DNA of 64,000 nucleotides from an uncultured Bacteroidales bacterium (GTDB lineage: Bacteria; Bacteroidota; Bacteroidia; Bacteroidales; UBA1402), in assembly GCA_964575345.1 (NCBI GenBank), contig CAZNQD010000003.1, positions 11,310-75,309 of the forward strand, given 5' to 3'. Under the pieces are notes generated by a model. That model was not told the origin of the DNA and ran no database searches. It worked only from the letters and a program-made list of their open reading frames with translations. Shown here piece by piece: positions 9,262 through 18,878 of this stretch (the first letter of the stretch is position 1; each line of letters starts with the position of its first letter). Both the position numbers and the translations under genes were made by a program.

Positions 9262-9453
9262 ATGTACAACGGAAAAGTAAAATTTTTTAACGAGGCCAAG
9301 GGCTTCGGGTTTATTAAAGAAACGGAAACTTCAAAAGAGTATTTCGTACATGCCAATGGTCTTATCGATCGCATCAAAGAAAATGACGAAGTCACTTTCG
9401 AATTGGAAGAAGGCAGAAAAGGATTAAATGCAGTAAATGTTAAATTGGTGTAA
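9262..9453 (+). CDS. cold-shock protein (CspA family)
   Basis: 63 aa. GKVKFFNEAKGFGFI (RNP1) and FVHANG (RNP2) motifs. Confidence 0.93.
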   Translation: MYNGKVKFFNEAKGFGFIKETETSKEYFVHANGLIDRIKENDEVTFELEEGRKGLNAVNVKLV

Positions 9454-9486
9454 CATCTTAACATACAACATTTAGTACGATTGAGA

Positions 9487-9521
9487 AAAGCTGTGTTTCC
9501 CCGAGAACACAGCTTTTTTTT
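9487..9521. terminator. rho-independent terminator between the convergent csp and Omp85 genes
   Basis: Stem AAAGCTGTGTT (9487-9497) / AACACAGCTTT (9506-9516), loop TCCCCGAG, then a run of 8 T (9514-9521). An A-rich 5' flank could allow bidirectional use. Confidence 0.7.
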
Positions 9522-9532
9522 GTCCACAACTG

Positions 9533-11869
9533 CTAAAAAGGATAGCCGATGGCCAGGTGCAGGGCAAAGTCGTTCCATTGATCGATATGCTTAATCCTCC
9601 ATCGATCATCGGCACTAAGCCCCGAGGGATCAAACACTTTCATGCCCGCATCCACACGAACCAAAAAGAAATTAAAATCAAAACGCAAACCCAGACCCGC
9701 ACTGCAAGCCAATTGTTTATAAAATTCATCGAAATGGAACTGACCACCCGGCTGATTGTTGTAATTGCGTAAGGTCCAGATATTACCAACATCCACAAAC
9801 AAACCACCCTCGAGCACCCAAAATAATTTACTGCGCAATTCCGCATTAAGGTCCAGCTTAAGATCTCCGGACTGATTCATAAAATCGATCGTATTAAGGC
9901 TGCTCTTGTAGGAACCCGGCCCCAGGGTTCTGACAGACCAGCCACGTACAGAGTTGGCTCCTCCTGAAAAATAGCGTTTTTCAAATGGCAGGATCTTTGA
10001 ATTTCCATAGGGATAAGCCACTCCCATACCCACACGATAAGCAAAACGGTTACGGGGATTCAGAACTACGCTTCTGGTATATTCAAATTCTCCCTTCAGA
10101 TATTGAGAAAAAGGGATATTTCCTATCGTATAAGCCTGATTTTCGTCTTTTTCGGCCCCTAGTAAGGAGTAAGCCAGGCTTAATGCATTTCCTGCCGATT
10201 CAATATTGGCGCGTATGGTAAAAAAAGTCTGGTTAGAAACTCCAAAAGGAACACTGGAATAAAGAATTCCATATTGGGTTCGCAATATAAAGTGATCTTC
10301 GTAACTGTATTTTAAATACGAATTATCGGAGAGGTAGGTCGCTTTGAAAGCAGAGTCCACCCTGGGCATGTAGACGTAGGCCAGATCGAGCAAATTCAAA
10401 TTCTGACGCAAACGTTGCTTTCTCCAGGTATATTCCACGGTGCCGGCAGCCATTGTTCTTAAAAATTCCGGACGGGACAGGTTAACGTAACTGATTTTGA
10501 AATTAGTATTGGCGTCCACTCCCTTTTTGAAATCTCTGGACAAAAAAGGAATTTTAAAGTCTGGAAACTGCAAGCCGATTTCACCCCCAAACTCAGCGTA
10601 GTCGTTCTGGAAAGAACTTGATAAAGCCTCGTAGGCACCCCGTAAACTTGTGCTGAAAGTTTCTCCGCCTCTAAGCAGATTAAGATGTGAATAGGTTAAT
10701 GTACCGGCGACACCCAGATCGCCTGCTGTGTTGGTACCCTCCACATCCATGGAAATTATATTGTTTTTGCCGGGAGTCAAAACAACATAACAATCCAGTT
10801 GAGCTTCACTACCTGAACTTGAATCTTGCGCGGCAATTTCCTCAAAACGAATATTGACATATTTCATATTCTGCATAGAGTTGAAGCGGGCGTAAGTTCT
10901 GTTCACAGTTCGTGCATCATAATATTCGCCAGGGGTAACCATACAATTATCTGCCAGCACTTTGGGTTTAATAAATGGTTTGTCCCGGTAAACAACTGCA
11001 TAATTCTCGTAGGGTATGGAATCGTAATCCGACAGCGCCGCAAAAGGATTGGAAGCTCCCTGGAGCCCTACGTTTCGCAGGTAAACCGAACTGGGAACAT
11101 CCAACATAAAATAAACATGGCGAATACGGTATTGTTTATGCGGCCCGTATTGGGAACTGCCCTCCCGGCTGCGCTGCAAATAAGGCTTTATTATCAGCTT
11201 TAAATCAACAAGATTCGTATTGATTGTACTGTCTGCCTCAAAACTGAAATGATCTTTACTGACAGCATAATAGCCATAGTTTCTGGCCCAGGAAACCAAG
11301 CGGGAACGTTCTTCGTTGAGCAGGTTGGTATCGAACTTGTCTCCTATTTGCACCGGGGACAGAGACAAAGCATCGTAAATAAGCATGTGGAAAGGATCCT
11401 GAGGATCAATTTCTGCTGTGTAGCTGTTTATTCGGTAGGCCTGATTGGGACGAATGCTGTAAATAGTTTTGATTTTCCTTCCTTTGCTCACTACCCGGGT
11501 TTCCACTTCTGAATCAAAATAACCTTTGCTGAACAAATACCGCTCTATGGCCATGGCAGAGCGCTGGGTGAGCAATTCTTCGTAAATGACCGGGGCTTCT
11601 CCAATATTTCTCAGGCTGCGATTGATCCATTTGCTTGTGTCCTGGCCGGATATGTTGTATAATCCCAGATTAATTCTAAACAGGCCCCAGAAGCGCGAAT
11701 TTGGTTGTTGCCGAAGGTAATTCTTCAACTCCTTTTTTGAAAGTTCCTCGTCTTTAAGCTCTATGCTTGTCCCGGTAAGCAGTTGTCTGTCTTCCGGCAC
11801 ATATTTGAGTGTATTGCAGGAAACAAACAGCAGGGAAATCAGCACATAAAACAGACTTTTTATTCGCAT
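9533..11869 (-). CDS. Omp85/BamA-TamA family outer-membrane protein with lipoprotein signal (TamL-like)
   Basis: 778 aa. N-terminus MRIKSLFYVLISLLFVSC (lipobox). C-terminal bacterial surface antigen beta-barrel ending in aromatic ...AIGYPF. Confidence 0.8.
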   Translation of the reverse strand: MRIKSLFYVLISLLFVSCNTLKYVPEDRQLLTGTSIELKDEELSKKELKNYLRQQPNSRFWGLFRINLGLYNISGQDTSKWINRSLRNIGEAPVIYEELLTQRSAMAIERYLFSKGYFDSEVETRVVSKGRKIKTIYSIRPNQAYRINSYTAEIDPQDPFHMLIYDALSLSPVQIGDKFDTNLLNEERSRLVSWARNYGYYAVSKDHFSFEADSTINTNLVDLKLIIKPYLQRSREGSSQYGPHKQYRIRHVYFMLDVPSSVYLRNVGLQGASNPFAALSDYDSIPYENYAVVYRDKPFIKPKVLADNCMVTPGEYYDARTVNRTYARFNSMQNMKYVNIRFEEIAAQDSSSGSEAQLDCYVVLTPGKNNIISMDVEGTNTAGDLGVAGTLTYSHLNLLRGGETFSTSLRGAYEALSSSFQNDYAEFGGEIGLQFPDFKIPFLSRDFKKGVDANTNFKISYVNLSRPEFLRTMAAGTVEYTWRKQRLRQNLNLLDLAYVYMPRVDSAFKATYLSDNSYLKYSYEDHFILRTQYGILYSSVPFGVSNQTFFTIRANIESAGNALSLAYSLLGAEKDENQAYTIGNIPFSQYLKGEFEYTRSVVLNPRNRFAYRVGMGVAYPYGNSKILPFEKRYFSGGANSVRGWSVRTLGPGSYKSSLNTIDFMNQSGDLKLDLNAELRSKLFWVLEGGLFVDVGNIWTLRNYNNQPGGQFHFDEFYKQLACSAGLGLRFDFNFFLVRVDAGMKVFDPSGLSADDRWRIKHIDQWNDFALHLAIGYPF

Positions 11870-11889
11870 TCGGGATTTTCTTATAACGG

Positions 11890-11897
11890 CAAATGTA
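11890..11897 (-). promoter_or_regulatory. -7 box TACATTTG for the Omp85/TamL-like gene
   Basis: CAAATGTA on the plus strand, 21 nt upstream of the ATG at 11869. Confidence 0.45.
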
Positions 11898-11960
11898 CAT
11901 CATTCAAAGCAATGTTCACAAATTCAAATGGATAAATTTCTGCAGGCTGAATTTCTTTTG

Positions 11961-11968
11961 TAGTTTTG
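11961..11968 (+). promoter_or_regulatory. -7 box TAGTTTTG for the trmH-like gene
   Basis: Motif match 19 nt before the ATG at 11987. Confidence 0.45.
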
Positions 11969-11986
11969 TTTTTCTAAAATTCGCCT

Positions 11987-12754
11987 ATGCTAAGTAAAGC
12001 CAAAATTAAGTGGATACGTTCGCTGGATCTTAAAAAAAACAGGGCAGAACTCCATTTGTTTGTAGCTGAAGGCCATAAATTAGTAACGGAGTTGCTGCCC
12101 CTTATGTCCTGCCGCTTTTTGACGGCTACCGCAGAATGGCTGAAAAAATATCCCGGCATTAGGGCTGCCGAAATAGCAGAAGCCTCTTTATCGGAAATCG
12201 GCAAAGCCAGCAATCAACAACATCCCCAAGAGGTGTTGGCCGTTTTTGAAATACCTGACAGAAAACCGGATTTGAATTATTTAAAGACGAATTTATCTCT
12301 TGCTCTTGATAATATTCAGGATCCCGGCAACCTGGGTACCATCATTCGCACTGCCGACTGGTTTGGCATCAATGTCCTGCTTTGTTCCATAGGATGCGCA
12401 GATGCGTTTAATCCCAAATCAGTACAGGCCAGCATGGGTTCTATAGCCAGGGTTGCAGTTCATTATATTAAACTCGAAGAATTTCTTCCCACATTGAATG
12501 TTCCTGTTTTCGGTACCTTTCTCGAAGGAAAAAATCTTTACGAGTTCCCGAATCTGCCGCAGGCGGCCGTGATACTGATGGGGAACGAAGGCAACGGAAT
12601 TTCCGAGAAACTTAAACCGATTGTAAACGAAAGGCTGTATATCCATGAATTTCCGGCCGGCAGCAAAAGAGCAGAATCGCTCAATGTCTCCATCGCGACA
12701 GGAATCATTTGTGCTGCTTTCAGAAGGCCGCAAACTAATTCTCGACTTCCCTAA
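11987..12754 (+). CDS. TrmH/SpoU-family RNA 2'-O-methyltransferase
   Basis: 255 aa. SpoU motifs LDNIQDPGNLGTIIRTA, LMGNEGNGIS and SLNVSIATGI. Confidence 0.85.
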   Translation: MLSKAKIKWIRSLDLKKNRAELHLFVAEGHKLVTELLPLMSCRFLTATAEWLKKYPGIRAAEIAEASLSEIGKASNQQHPQEVLAVFEIPDRKPDLNYLKTNLSLALDNIQDPGNLGTIIRTADWFGINVLLCSIGCADAFNPKSVQASMGSIARVAVHYIKLEEFLPTLNVPVFGTFLEGKNLYEFPNLPQAAVILMGNEGNGISEKLKPIVNERLYIHEFPAGSKRAESLNVSIATGIICAAFRRPQTNSRLP

Positions 12755-13490
12755 TCTTGTGTTTTTCCAAATCCACTATATAAGTGCTTTTATTACCCGG
12801 GGAGGCCTTCCCTGATTTTATTTCAGGTATGAAATCAACCACCGTCCATTCGCTGCCATCCCGGGCAAACGGTTTTGGCCAAAAGGTTGTAGTAAAAGTT
12901 GAATTGTTCAGTGGGGATAAAGGCATACTAACTGTCTGTAACATCAGCGTATCCGACAAAACTACCGAGTCTGTTTGAAGGCCCGGCGTATCTGATAAAA
13001 CAACCGAGTCAGTCGCCCAAATCTCAAACCAGTTGATATAAGAGGCCGTGTCGAGCGCTTCAATCAAAGCAGCCTGTTTTTGGGCCAACTCTCGTAATTT
13101 TGCCTCTAACTTGTCGCGTTCATCCACTTCTTCGCGGATAGCCTGCATATTAAGTTCCACCTGAGCATATATCTTAGCGTATACCTTGTATTGTTGGCTG
13201 TAATGCGCCACAGAATTATAAAAATCCTCCTCCGAGATTTGGTGTTTATCTAATATCCTTCTATAGGCCAGATCCTGAAAAAAAACGTCACTTAGCCCCC
13301 GGGACCAGTCTGTTTTTTTCTTTTTGTCTACATTCTGCAACATGGCTTCTGTGAGATAAACATCTGTAAGTACGGCAGCCATCTTTTTTTGTGTAAGGAC
13401 TTTGCCTTCTTCCTGTCTGCAAGCTGTCAACATTAGAGCAGACAGTCCAAGAAGCAATACTTTATTCAGTATGTATTTAATGCTGTTCAT
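12735..13490 (-). CDS. DUF4296-like lipoprotein
   Basis: Lipobox LTAC, conserved LTDVYLTEAM segment, and position upstream of lspA as in other Bacteroidota. Contains an internal 13-aa tandem duplication. Confidence 0.6.
   Translation of the reverse strand: MNSIKYILNKVLLLGLSALMLTACRQEEGKVLTQKKMAAVLTDVYLTEAMLQNVDKKKKTDWSRGLSDVFFQDLAYRRILDKHQISEEDFYNSVAHYSQQYKVYAKIYAQVELNMQAIREEVDERDKLEAKLRELAQKQAALIEALDTASYINWFEIWATDSVVLSDTPGLQTDSVVLSDTLMLQTVSMPLSPLNNSTFTTTFWPKPFARDGSEWTVVDFIPEIKSGKASPGNKSTYIVDLEKHKIREVEN
12947..13024. repeat. imperfect 39-bp tandem duplication inside the DUF4296-like gene
   Basis: GCGTATCCGACAAAACTACCGAGTCTGT (12947-) versus GCGTATCTGATAAAACAACCGAGTCAGT (12986-). Encodes TDSVVLSDT(P/L)(G/M)LQ twice. 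Confidence 0.8.
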
Positions 13491-13501
13491 AAGCAGAATG
13501 A

Positions 13502-14155
13502 TCAGCTTGGGAGAGAAGAACCTGACTTATTTTTCCTGCTTTTCTTTCCTGTATCCTCGGCGAGATATGAGCGATAAAAAATCAACAGTATCAGGATACC
13601 TGTAGTGATCGAGGTGTCGGCTATGTTGAAAACAGGCCTGAAAAATAAAAAATCCCGGCCGCCCCAAATGGGCAGCCAATCGGGCAAAGTAGTATCTATC
13701 ACCGGGAAAAACAACATGTCAACTACTTTGCCGTAAAAAACCGGGGCATAACCACCGCCCTCGGGGAAAAATCCGGCTATCTGGCCATAACTGTGATCAA
13801 AAATCAATCCATAAAACACGCAATCGAACACATTGCCCAAGGCTCCTGCAATTACGAGCGCGATACTTAAAACATAACCTGTCGGAAAATTTTTTTTGCG
13901 GCTTATGTGAACCATATACCATATCAGCAAGCCCGCAGCAATCAGCCTGAACAAGGTTAAAAAGATCTTGTCAAAAAATTCCCAGCCAAAAGCCATACCG
14001 TTGTTTTCGGTAAAATAAATATAAAACCAATCAGCAACGCGAATGCTTTCGTGCAACTGGAAATGCGTTTTTATGTATATCTTAACCGCTTGATCGACAA
14101 TCAGAATGATCGCAATTAGAACAAACGCTTTCCATAACTTGGAAAGTTTGGCCAT
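13502..14155 (-). CDS. lspA: lipoprotein signal peptidase (signal peptidase II)
   Basis: 217 aa, four TM helices, conserved NxGxAFG (NNGMAFGW) and FNIAD motifs. Confidence 0.9.
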   Translation of the reverse strand: MAKLSKLWKAFVLIAIILIVDQAVKIYIKTHFQLHESIRVADWFYIYFTENNGMAFGWEFFDKIFLTLFRLIAAGLLIWYMVHISRKKNFPTGYVLSIALVIAGALGNVFDCVFYGLIFDHSYGQIAGFFPEGGGYAPVFYGKVVDMLFFPVIDTTLPDWLPIWGGRDFLFFRPVFNIADTSITTGILILLIFYRSYLAEDTGKKSRKNKSGSSLPS

Positions 14156-14158
14156 CCC

Positions 14159-14536
14159 TTAAGACTTAATGTTTTTGGCTTCAATACTCAGCGTTGCGTG
14201 TGGAACCGCACGTAAGCGCTCTTTGGGAATAAGTTTCCCGGTTTCCCTGCAAATGCCGTAGGTTTTGTTTTCTATACGAACCAGGGCTGCCTCCAGATTT
14301 TCGATGAATTTCATCTGACGTTGGGCCAGACGCCCGGTTTCTTCTTTCAACAAAGTATTGGCACCTTCTTCAAAAACCTTGAAAATGGGAGAAGTATCCA
14401 TTACGTCATTACCATCCATGTTGTTGATGCTTGCTTTTAATTGTTCATACTCATCCCTGGCCTTGTCCAGTTTTTTCTGAATTAGCTGACGAAACTCTTC
14501 CAGTTCTGCATCTGAATAACGAATAATTTCTGACAT
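14159..14536 (-). CDS. DksA/TraR-family protein with degenerate zinc finger
   Basis: 125 aa with a coiled-coil N-half. The C-terminal YGICRETGKLIPKERLRAVPHATLSIEAK aligns to the DksA C4 finger but retains only the first Cys. Confidence 0.75.
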   Translation of the reverse strand: MSEIIRYSDAELEEFRQLIQKKLDKARDEYEQLKASINNMDGNDVMDTSPIFKVFEEGANTLLKEETGRLAQRQMKFIENLEAALVRIENKTYGICRETGKLIPKERLRAVPHATLSIEAKNIKS

Positions 14537-14644
14537 GGTATTTTGTATTATATGGTTAATTTCTTGTTTGAATTTTAATCTGCGAATATAACAAAAATAA
14601 ACATCGACAGCAATAGAAAATAAGCCGCCAAAGTCTAAAAAAAA

Positions 14645-17600
14645 TTACCCTTTAAAAATTTTGATTTTTAACGACAACTCATCCATTTCCAATTCTGTTC
14701 CATCCTCGAGCAAGTCGACTATTCGCAGGCTTAAACCCAAAGTCTGAGTAGAAATAAATTCTCCCCAGTCTTCCATGGTTCCGGTAAAGGCAGGATGCTT
14801 TTCAATAAGGATATGTATGCGGTCGGTTATCTCAAAATTCTGAGCCTTGCGCAGGTTCTGAATACGATTCACCAGTTCGCGCGCCAGGCCTTCTCTCCTT
14901 AATTCTTCGGTAATACTTACATCGAGGGCTACTGTAAGCCGTCCTTCGTTGGCCACCAGCCAACCGGGGATGTCTTCCGAGAGAATTTCCACATCGCCGG
15001 CTTCAACATGCAGCTCCTTGCCTTCCAGTTCTAATGTGCAACAGCCCTTTTGTTCAAACACAGCAATGGCGTCTTGCTGCATTTCTCCCAACATTTTTGC
15101 AACCAGCTTCATGTTTTTCCCGCATTTAGGCCCAAGTTTCTTGAAATCGGGTTTGACACGCTTGATCAGCAGTCCTCCGGCAGTATCTATAAACTTCAAT
15201 TCCTTGACATTAACTTCGTTTAGAATGAGCTCACGGACAGCTTCGATGGCTGTTTTCTGGGCGGCATCCAACGCAGGGATCATAATGGTCTGCAGGGGTT
15301 GCCTGACCCTGATATTCACCTTGCGTCTCAGGGCCAACACCATGGACGAAATTTGCTGAGCCATCTGCATTCGATTCTCCAGGCCGCTGTCTATTGCTTC
15401 GTAATTACATTGCGGATAGTCGGCCAGGTGGACAGATTCACAGCTCTCAGCCTTTGCAACGACATTTAAATCCAAAAACAGCCGGTCTGCGTAAAAAGGA
15501 GCAATGGGAGCCATCAGACGGGATACGGTTTCCAGGCAAGTGTACAAGGTCTGGTAAGCCGAAAGTTTGTCTTTGGAGTATCCCCCGCCCCAGAAGCGCT
15601 TACGATTGAGACGGACATACCAGTTGCTTAAATTTTCGCCTACGAAGTCTGCTATTGCTCGACCCGATTTGGTTGCTTCGTAGTCGTTATAATACTGATC
15701 TGTATCGCGAATAAGGCTATTCAGTTGTGAAAGTATCCAACGATCTATTTCGGGCCTTTCCTGCAGCGGAATTTGTGCTGCCTGATTGTCGAAGTCGTCT
15801 ACATTTGCATACAAAACAAAGAAAGAATAAGTATTGTACAAGGTACCGAAAAACTTCCGTCTGACTTCTTCTATACCTTCTTCGTCGAATTTTAAGTTAT
15901 CCCAGGGGGAGGCATTGGTAATCATATACCAACGCAAAGGATCAGAACCGTATTTTTCGATGGTACCAAAAGGATCTACGGCGTTACCCAGACGTTTTGA
16001 CATTTTGTTTCCGTTCTTATCCAGAACCAATCCATTGGAAACCACACTTTTAAAGGCAACAGAATCAAAGAGCATAGCTGCCAGCGCGTGCAGGGTGAAA
16101 AACCATCCACGCGTCTGGTCTACTCCCTCGGCGATAAAATCGGCAGGATAACATTGACCCGATTCAAAAGCTTCCTTGTTTTCGAAAGGGTAATGAATCT
16201 GGGCGTAAGGCATGGCTCCCGAATCGAACCAGACGTCAATCAGGTCGGGCTCACGCTTCATGGCTTTGCCCGAGGGAGAAACCAACACTATTTCATCCAC
16301 ATAAGGACGATGCAGGTCTATTTTTTCGACTGAATAATTTTCGGCCGTGTACAGACCGGGAACAAAATCCTTGTAGGGATTATCTTTCATAAATCCGAGG
16401 CCGACTGCCTTCTCTATCTCTGTGTACAGCTCGGCCACCGATCCGATACAGAGTTCTTCGCTACCGTCCTCGGTACGCCAAATGGGCAGAGGCGTACCCC
16501 AGAAGCGGCTGCGTGAGAGGTTCCAATCCTGCAGATTCTCGAGCCACTTGCCAAAACGGCCTGTACCGGTGGAGCCCGGCTTCCACAAGATGGTCTGGTT
16601 TAGGCCGATCATTTGGTCACGACAGGCGGTCGTTTTTATAAACCAGCTGTCCATGGGATAATACAGGATTGGCTTATCGGTGCGCCAGCAGTGAGGATAA
16701 TTGTGTACCTGCTTTTCAATTTTAAAAGCACGGTTCTCCTGCTTGAGCATCACGCAGAGGTCCACATCCAGATTAGCTTCATTTTCGGAGCCTTCGGGCA
16801 TATATTCGTTCTTGACATAACGGCCTGCGTAAGGCGCGTATTTTTCGACATTAACATTCCTGCTGACAAAACCAGGATCGAGATCTTCCAAACTGAAAAA
16901 TTTACCGACGGTGTCCACCATGGGACGTGCATTTCCGTCTTTATCAATTAATAAAAGAGGGCTTATGTTGGATTTTTTGGCAACAAACTGGTCATCAGCT
17001 CCAAAAGTAGGGGCAATGTGTACAATGCCCGTACCGTCATCGGTGGAAACAAAGTCACCGCCGATTACTTCAAAAGCATTCCCACCCGGATTGACCCAGG
17101 GGATTAATTGCTCGTATTGTATACCCAGTAATTCCTCTCCTTTGTATTCCCCGGGCAGCACTTTGTAAGGAATGCTCTTTTCGCCCGCCTTGTATTTGTC
17201 TAATGGCAATTCCGCTGCTTTTGGACTGAAATGGGCAGTCAGCAATTCCTTGGCCAGGATATAGGTGGCCGGCTGTCCGGTATAAAAATTATAGCTTTGC
17301 ACAGCTACATAGCTGATAGCCGGACCCACACAAAGAGCTGTATTGGAGGGCAAAGTCCAGGGTGTGGTGGTCCAGGCCAGGAAAAAGGCTTCTCCGTGTT
17401 GGCTCCATTCCGGACGTGGATTTTTTATCCTGAATTGAGCCACACAGGTAGTGTCCTTGACGTCCCTGTAGCAACCCGGCTGATTCAATTCATGGGTACT
17501 CAGCCCCGAACCGGCCGCAGGAGAATAGGGCTGGATGGTATAACCCTTGTAGAGTAAGCCTTTTTTATATAATTCCTTGAGCAGGTACCATAAGGTTTCG

Positions 17601-18073
17601 ATGTAACGATTGTCGTAGGTGATATAAGGATCGGACATATCAACCCAATAACCCATTCTGCGGGTAAGGTCTTCCCACTCGCGGGTGTATTTCATCACGT
17701 CCTTACGGCAGGCGGCATTGTAGTCGATGACGGAAATTTTTTTGCCTATATCTTCTTTGGTAATTCCCAAAGCTTTTTCCACTCCCAGTTCCACGGGGAG
17801 GCCGTGGGTATCCCAACCGGCTTTGCGTTTTACTTCAAAGCCTTTCATGGTTTTGTAACGGCAAAAAATATCCTTGATGGTTCTGGCCATTACATGATGA
17901 ATTCCGGGCATGCCGTTGGCTGAGGGGGGGCCTTCGTAAAATACGAAAGACGGCCCTCCTTCCCTCAAAGTTGTACTTTTCTGAAAAAGATTGGATGATT
18001 CCCATTTTTCTAACATCGATTTGTTGATGGCGGACAAATCGAATTCTGTGTACTCGGCAAATTTTTTTGACAT
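14645..18073 (-). CDS. ileS: isoleucine--tRNA ligase (type 2)
   Basis: About 1142 aa. HIGH-type motif PSANGMPGIHH and KMSKR motif. The MSKKFAEY start is preferred over the ATG 12 nt upstream (18085). Confidence 0.95.
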   Translation of the reverse strand: MSKKFAEYTEFDLSAINKSMLEKWESSNLFQKSTTLREGGPSFVFYEGPPSANGMPGIHHVMARTIKDIFCRYKTMKGFEVKRKAGWDTHGLPVELGVEKALGITKEDIGKKISVIDYNAACRKDVMKYTREWEDLTRRMGYWVDMSDPYITYDNRYIETLWYLLKELYKKGLLYKGYTIQPYSPAAGSGLSTHELNQPGCYRDVKDTTCVAQFRIKNPRPEWSQHGEAFFLAWTTTPWTLPSNTALCVGPAISYVAVQSYNFYTGQPATYILAKELLTAHFSPKAAELPLDKYKAGEKSIPYKVLPGEYKGEELLGIQYEQLIPWVNPGGNAFEVIGGDFVSTDDGTGIVHIAPTFGADDQFVAKKSNISPLLLIDKDGNARPMVDTVGKFFSLEDLDPGFVSRNVNVEKYAPYAGRYVKNEYMPEGSENEANLDVDLCVMLKQENRAFKIEKQVHNYPHCWRTDKPILYYPMDSWFIKTTACRDQMIGLNQTILWKPGSTGTGRFGKWLENLQDWNLSRSRFWGTPLPIWRTEDGSEELCIGSVAELYTEIEKAVGLGFMKDNPYKDFVPGLYTAENYSVEKIDLHRPYVDEIVLVSPSGKAMKREPDLIDVWFDSGAMPYAQIHYPFENKEAFESGQCYPADFIAEGVDQTRGWFFTLHALAAMLFDSVAFKSVVSNGLVLDKNGNKMSKRLGNAVDPFGTIEKYGSDPLRWYMITNASPWDNLKFDEEGIEEVRRKFFGTLYNTYSFFVLYANVDDFDNQAAQIPLQERPEIDRWILSQLNSLIRDTDQYYNDYEATKSGRAIADFVGENLSNWYVRLNRKRFWGGGYSKDKLSAYQTLYTCLETVSRLMAPIAPFYADRLFLDLNVVAKAESCESVHLADYPQCNYEAIDSGLENRMQMAQQISSMVLALRRKVNIRVRQPLQTIMIPALDAAQKTAIEAVRELILNEVNVKELKFIDTAGGLLIKRVKPDFKKLGPKCGKNMKLVAKMLGEMQQDAIAVFEQKGCCTLELEGKELHVEAGDVEILSEDIPGWLVANEGRLTVALDVSITEELRREGLARELVNRIQNLRKAQNFEITDRIHILIEKHPAFTGTMEDWGEFISTQTLGLSLRIVDLLEDGTELEMDELSLKIKIFKG

Positions 18074-18102
18074 CTTTGCGATCATTATCCTAATTAAGGG
18101 CG

Positions 18103-18110
18103 CAAAGGTA
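18103..18110 (-). promoter_or_regulatory. -7 box TACCTTTG for the ileS operon
   Basis: CAAAGGTA on the plus strand, upstream of both candidate ileS ATGs. Confidence 0.45.
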
Positions 18111-18139
18111 CATTAAAAAAATGTACTATAAAAAGGGAT

Positions 18140-18877
18140 TTAAAGATAAAAATCGGAGGTTAAAGCCTTGAACTCAGGAGTATATTCATCTTTCCTGTCT
18201 TCGATATGCAATTCCTGACGACAAATATCAGCCCGCGATTTGGAAAAGGCCATCAGGCAACGCTTAGGCTCTTTGCCCTGACGATGTGAAATCCGACAGA
18301 TATTTGTCAGGTAAAGCCTCTGCCCCCAACAGAGCTCTTCCATTAATTCTGCGGCTTCGGCTGGCACAATAAGAGAAAAGATACCCTGCTCGCCCAGAAG
18401 CCCGGCAGCACTCATTGTTAATTGTTCAAAGCTTAACTTGTCACCATGACGGGCTAAGTTGCGTGTATAAATGCTACCCTTCAGGGCATTCCTGTAATAA
18501 GGAGGATTCGAGACGATCAGGTCGAATTTTTGCTCTTCGGGAGTAAAATTGTCGTTTATACTTTCGGGGAAAGAGCCCTGAATTATTTGTATTCTTTCGG
18601 GCCAGGGGCTGCGGGCAACATTTTCCTGGGCCTGCAATGCTGTCTGAATGTCTTTTTCGATACCAAAAACCGTGGATGAGGGAAAACGCTGAGCCAACAT
18701 CAGTGCAATCAATCCGGAACCACTGCCCACATCCAGCACCCTCAACGCTGAAGCTTCGGACATCCCGGCGGAGGGTTTAGCCCAGGCACCCAACAACACT
18801 CCGTCCATGCCCACCTTCATGGCGCAACGGTCGTGAAATACCTCAAATTGCTTAAAACGAAAAGAGGAGGACGACAT
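18140..18877 (-). CDS. tRNA1(Val) (adenine37-N6)-methyltransferase (YfiC/TrmN6-like)
   Basis: FRFKQFEV...HDRCAMKVGMDGVLLGAWA N-terminus, SAM motif VLDVGSGSGLI, NPPY motif (SNPPYY). Start taken at MSSSSFRF. Confidence 0.8.
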   Translation of the reverse strand: MSSSSFRFKQFEVFHDRCAMKVGMDGVLLGAWAKPSAGMSEASALRVLDVGSGSGLIALMLAQRFPSSTVFGIEKDIQTALQAQENVARSPWPERIQIIQGSFPESINDNFTPEEQKFDLIVSNPPYYRNALKGSIYTRNLARHGDKLSFEQLTMSAAGLLGEQGIFSLIVPAEAAELMEELCWGQRLYLTNICRISHRQGKEPKRCLMAFSKSRADICRQELHIEDRKDEYTPEFKALTSDFYL

Positions 18878-18878
18878 A

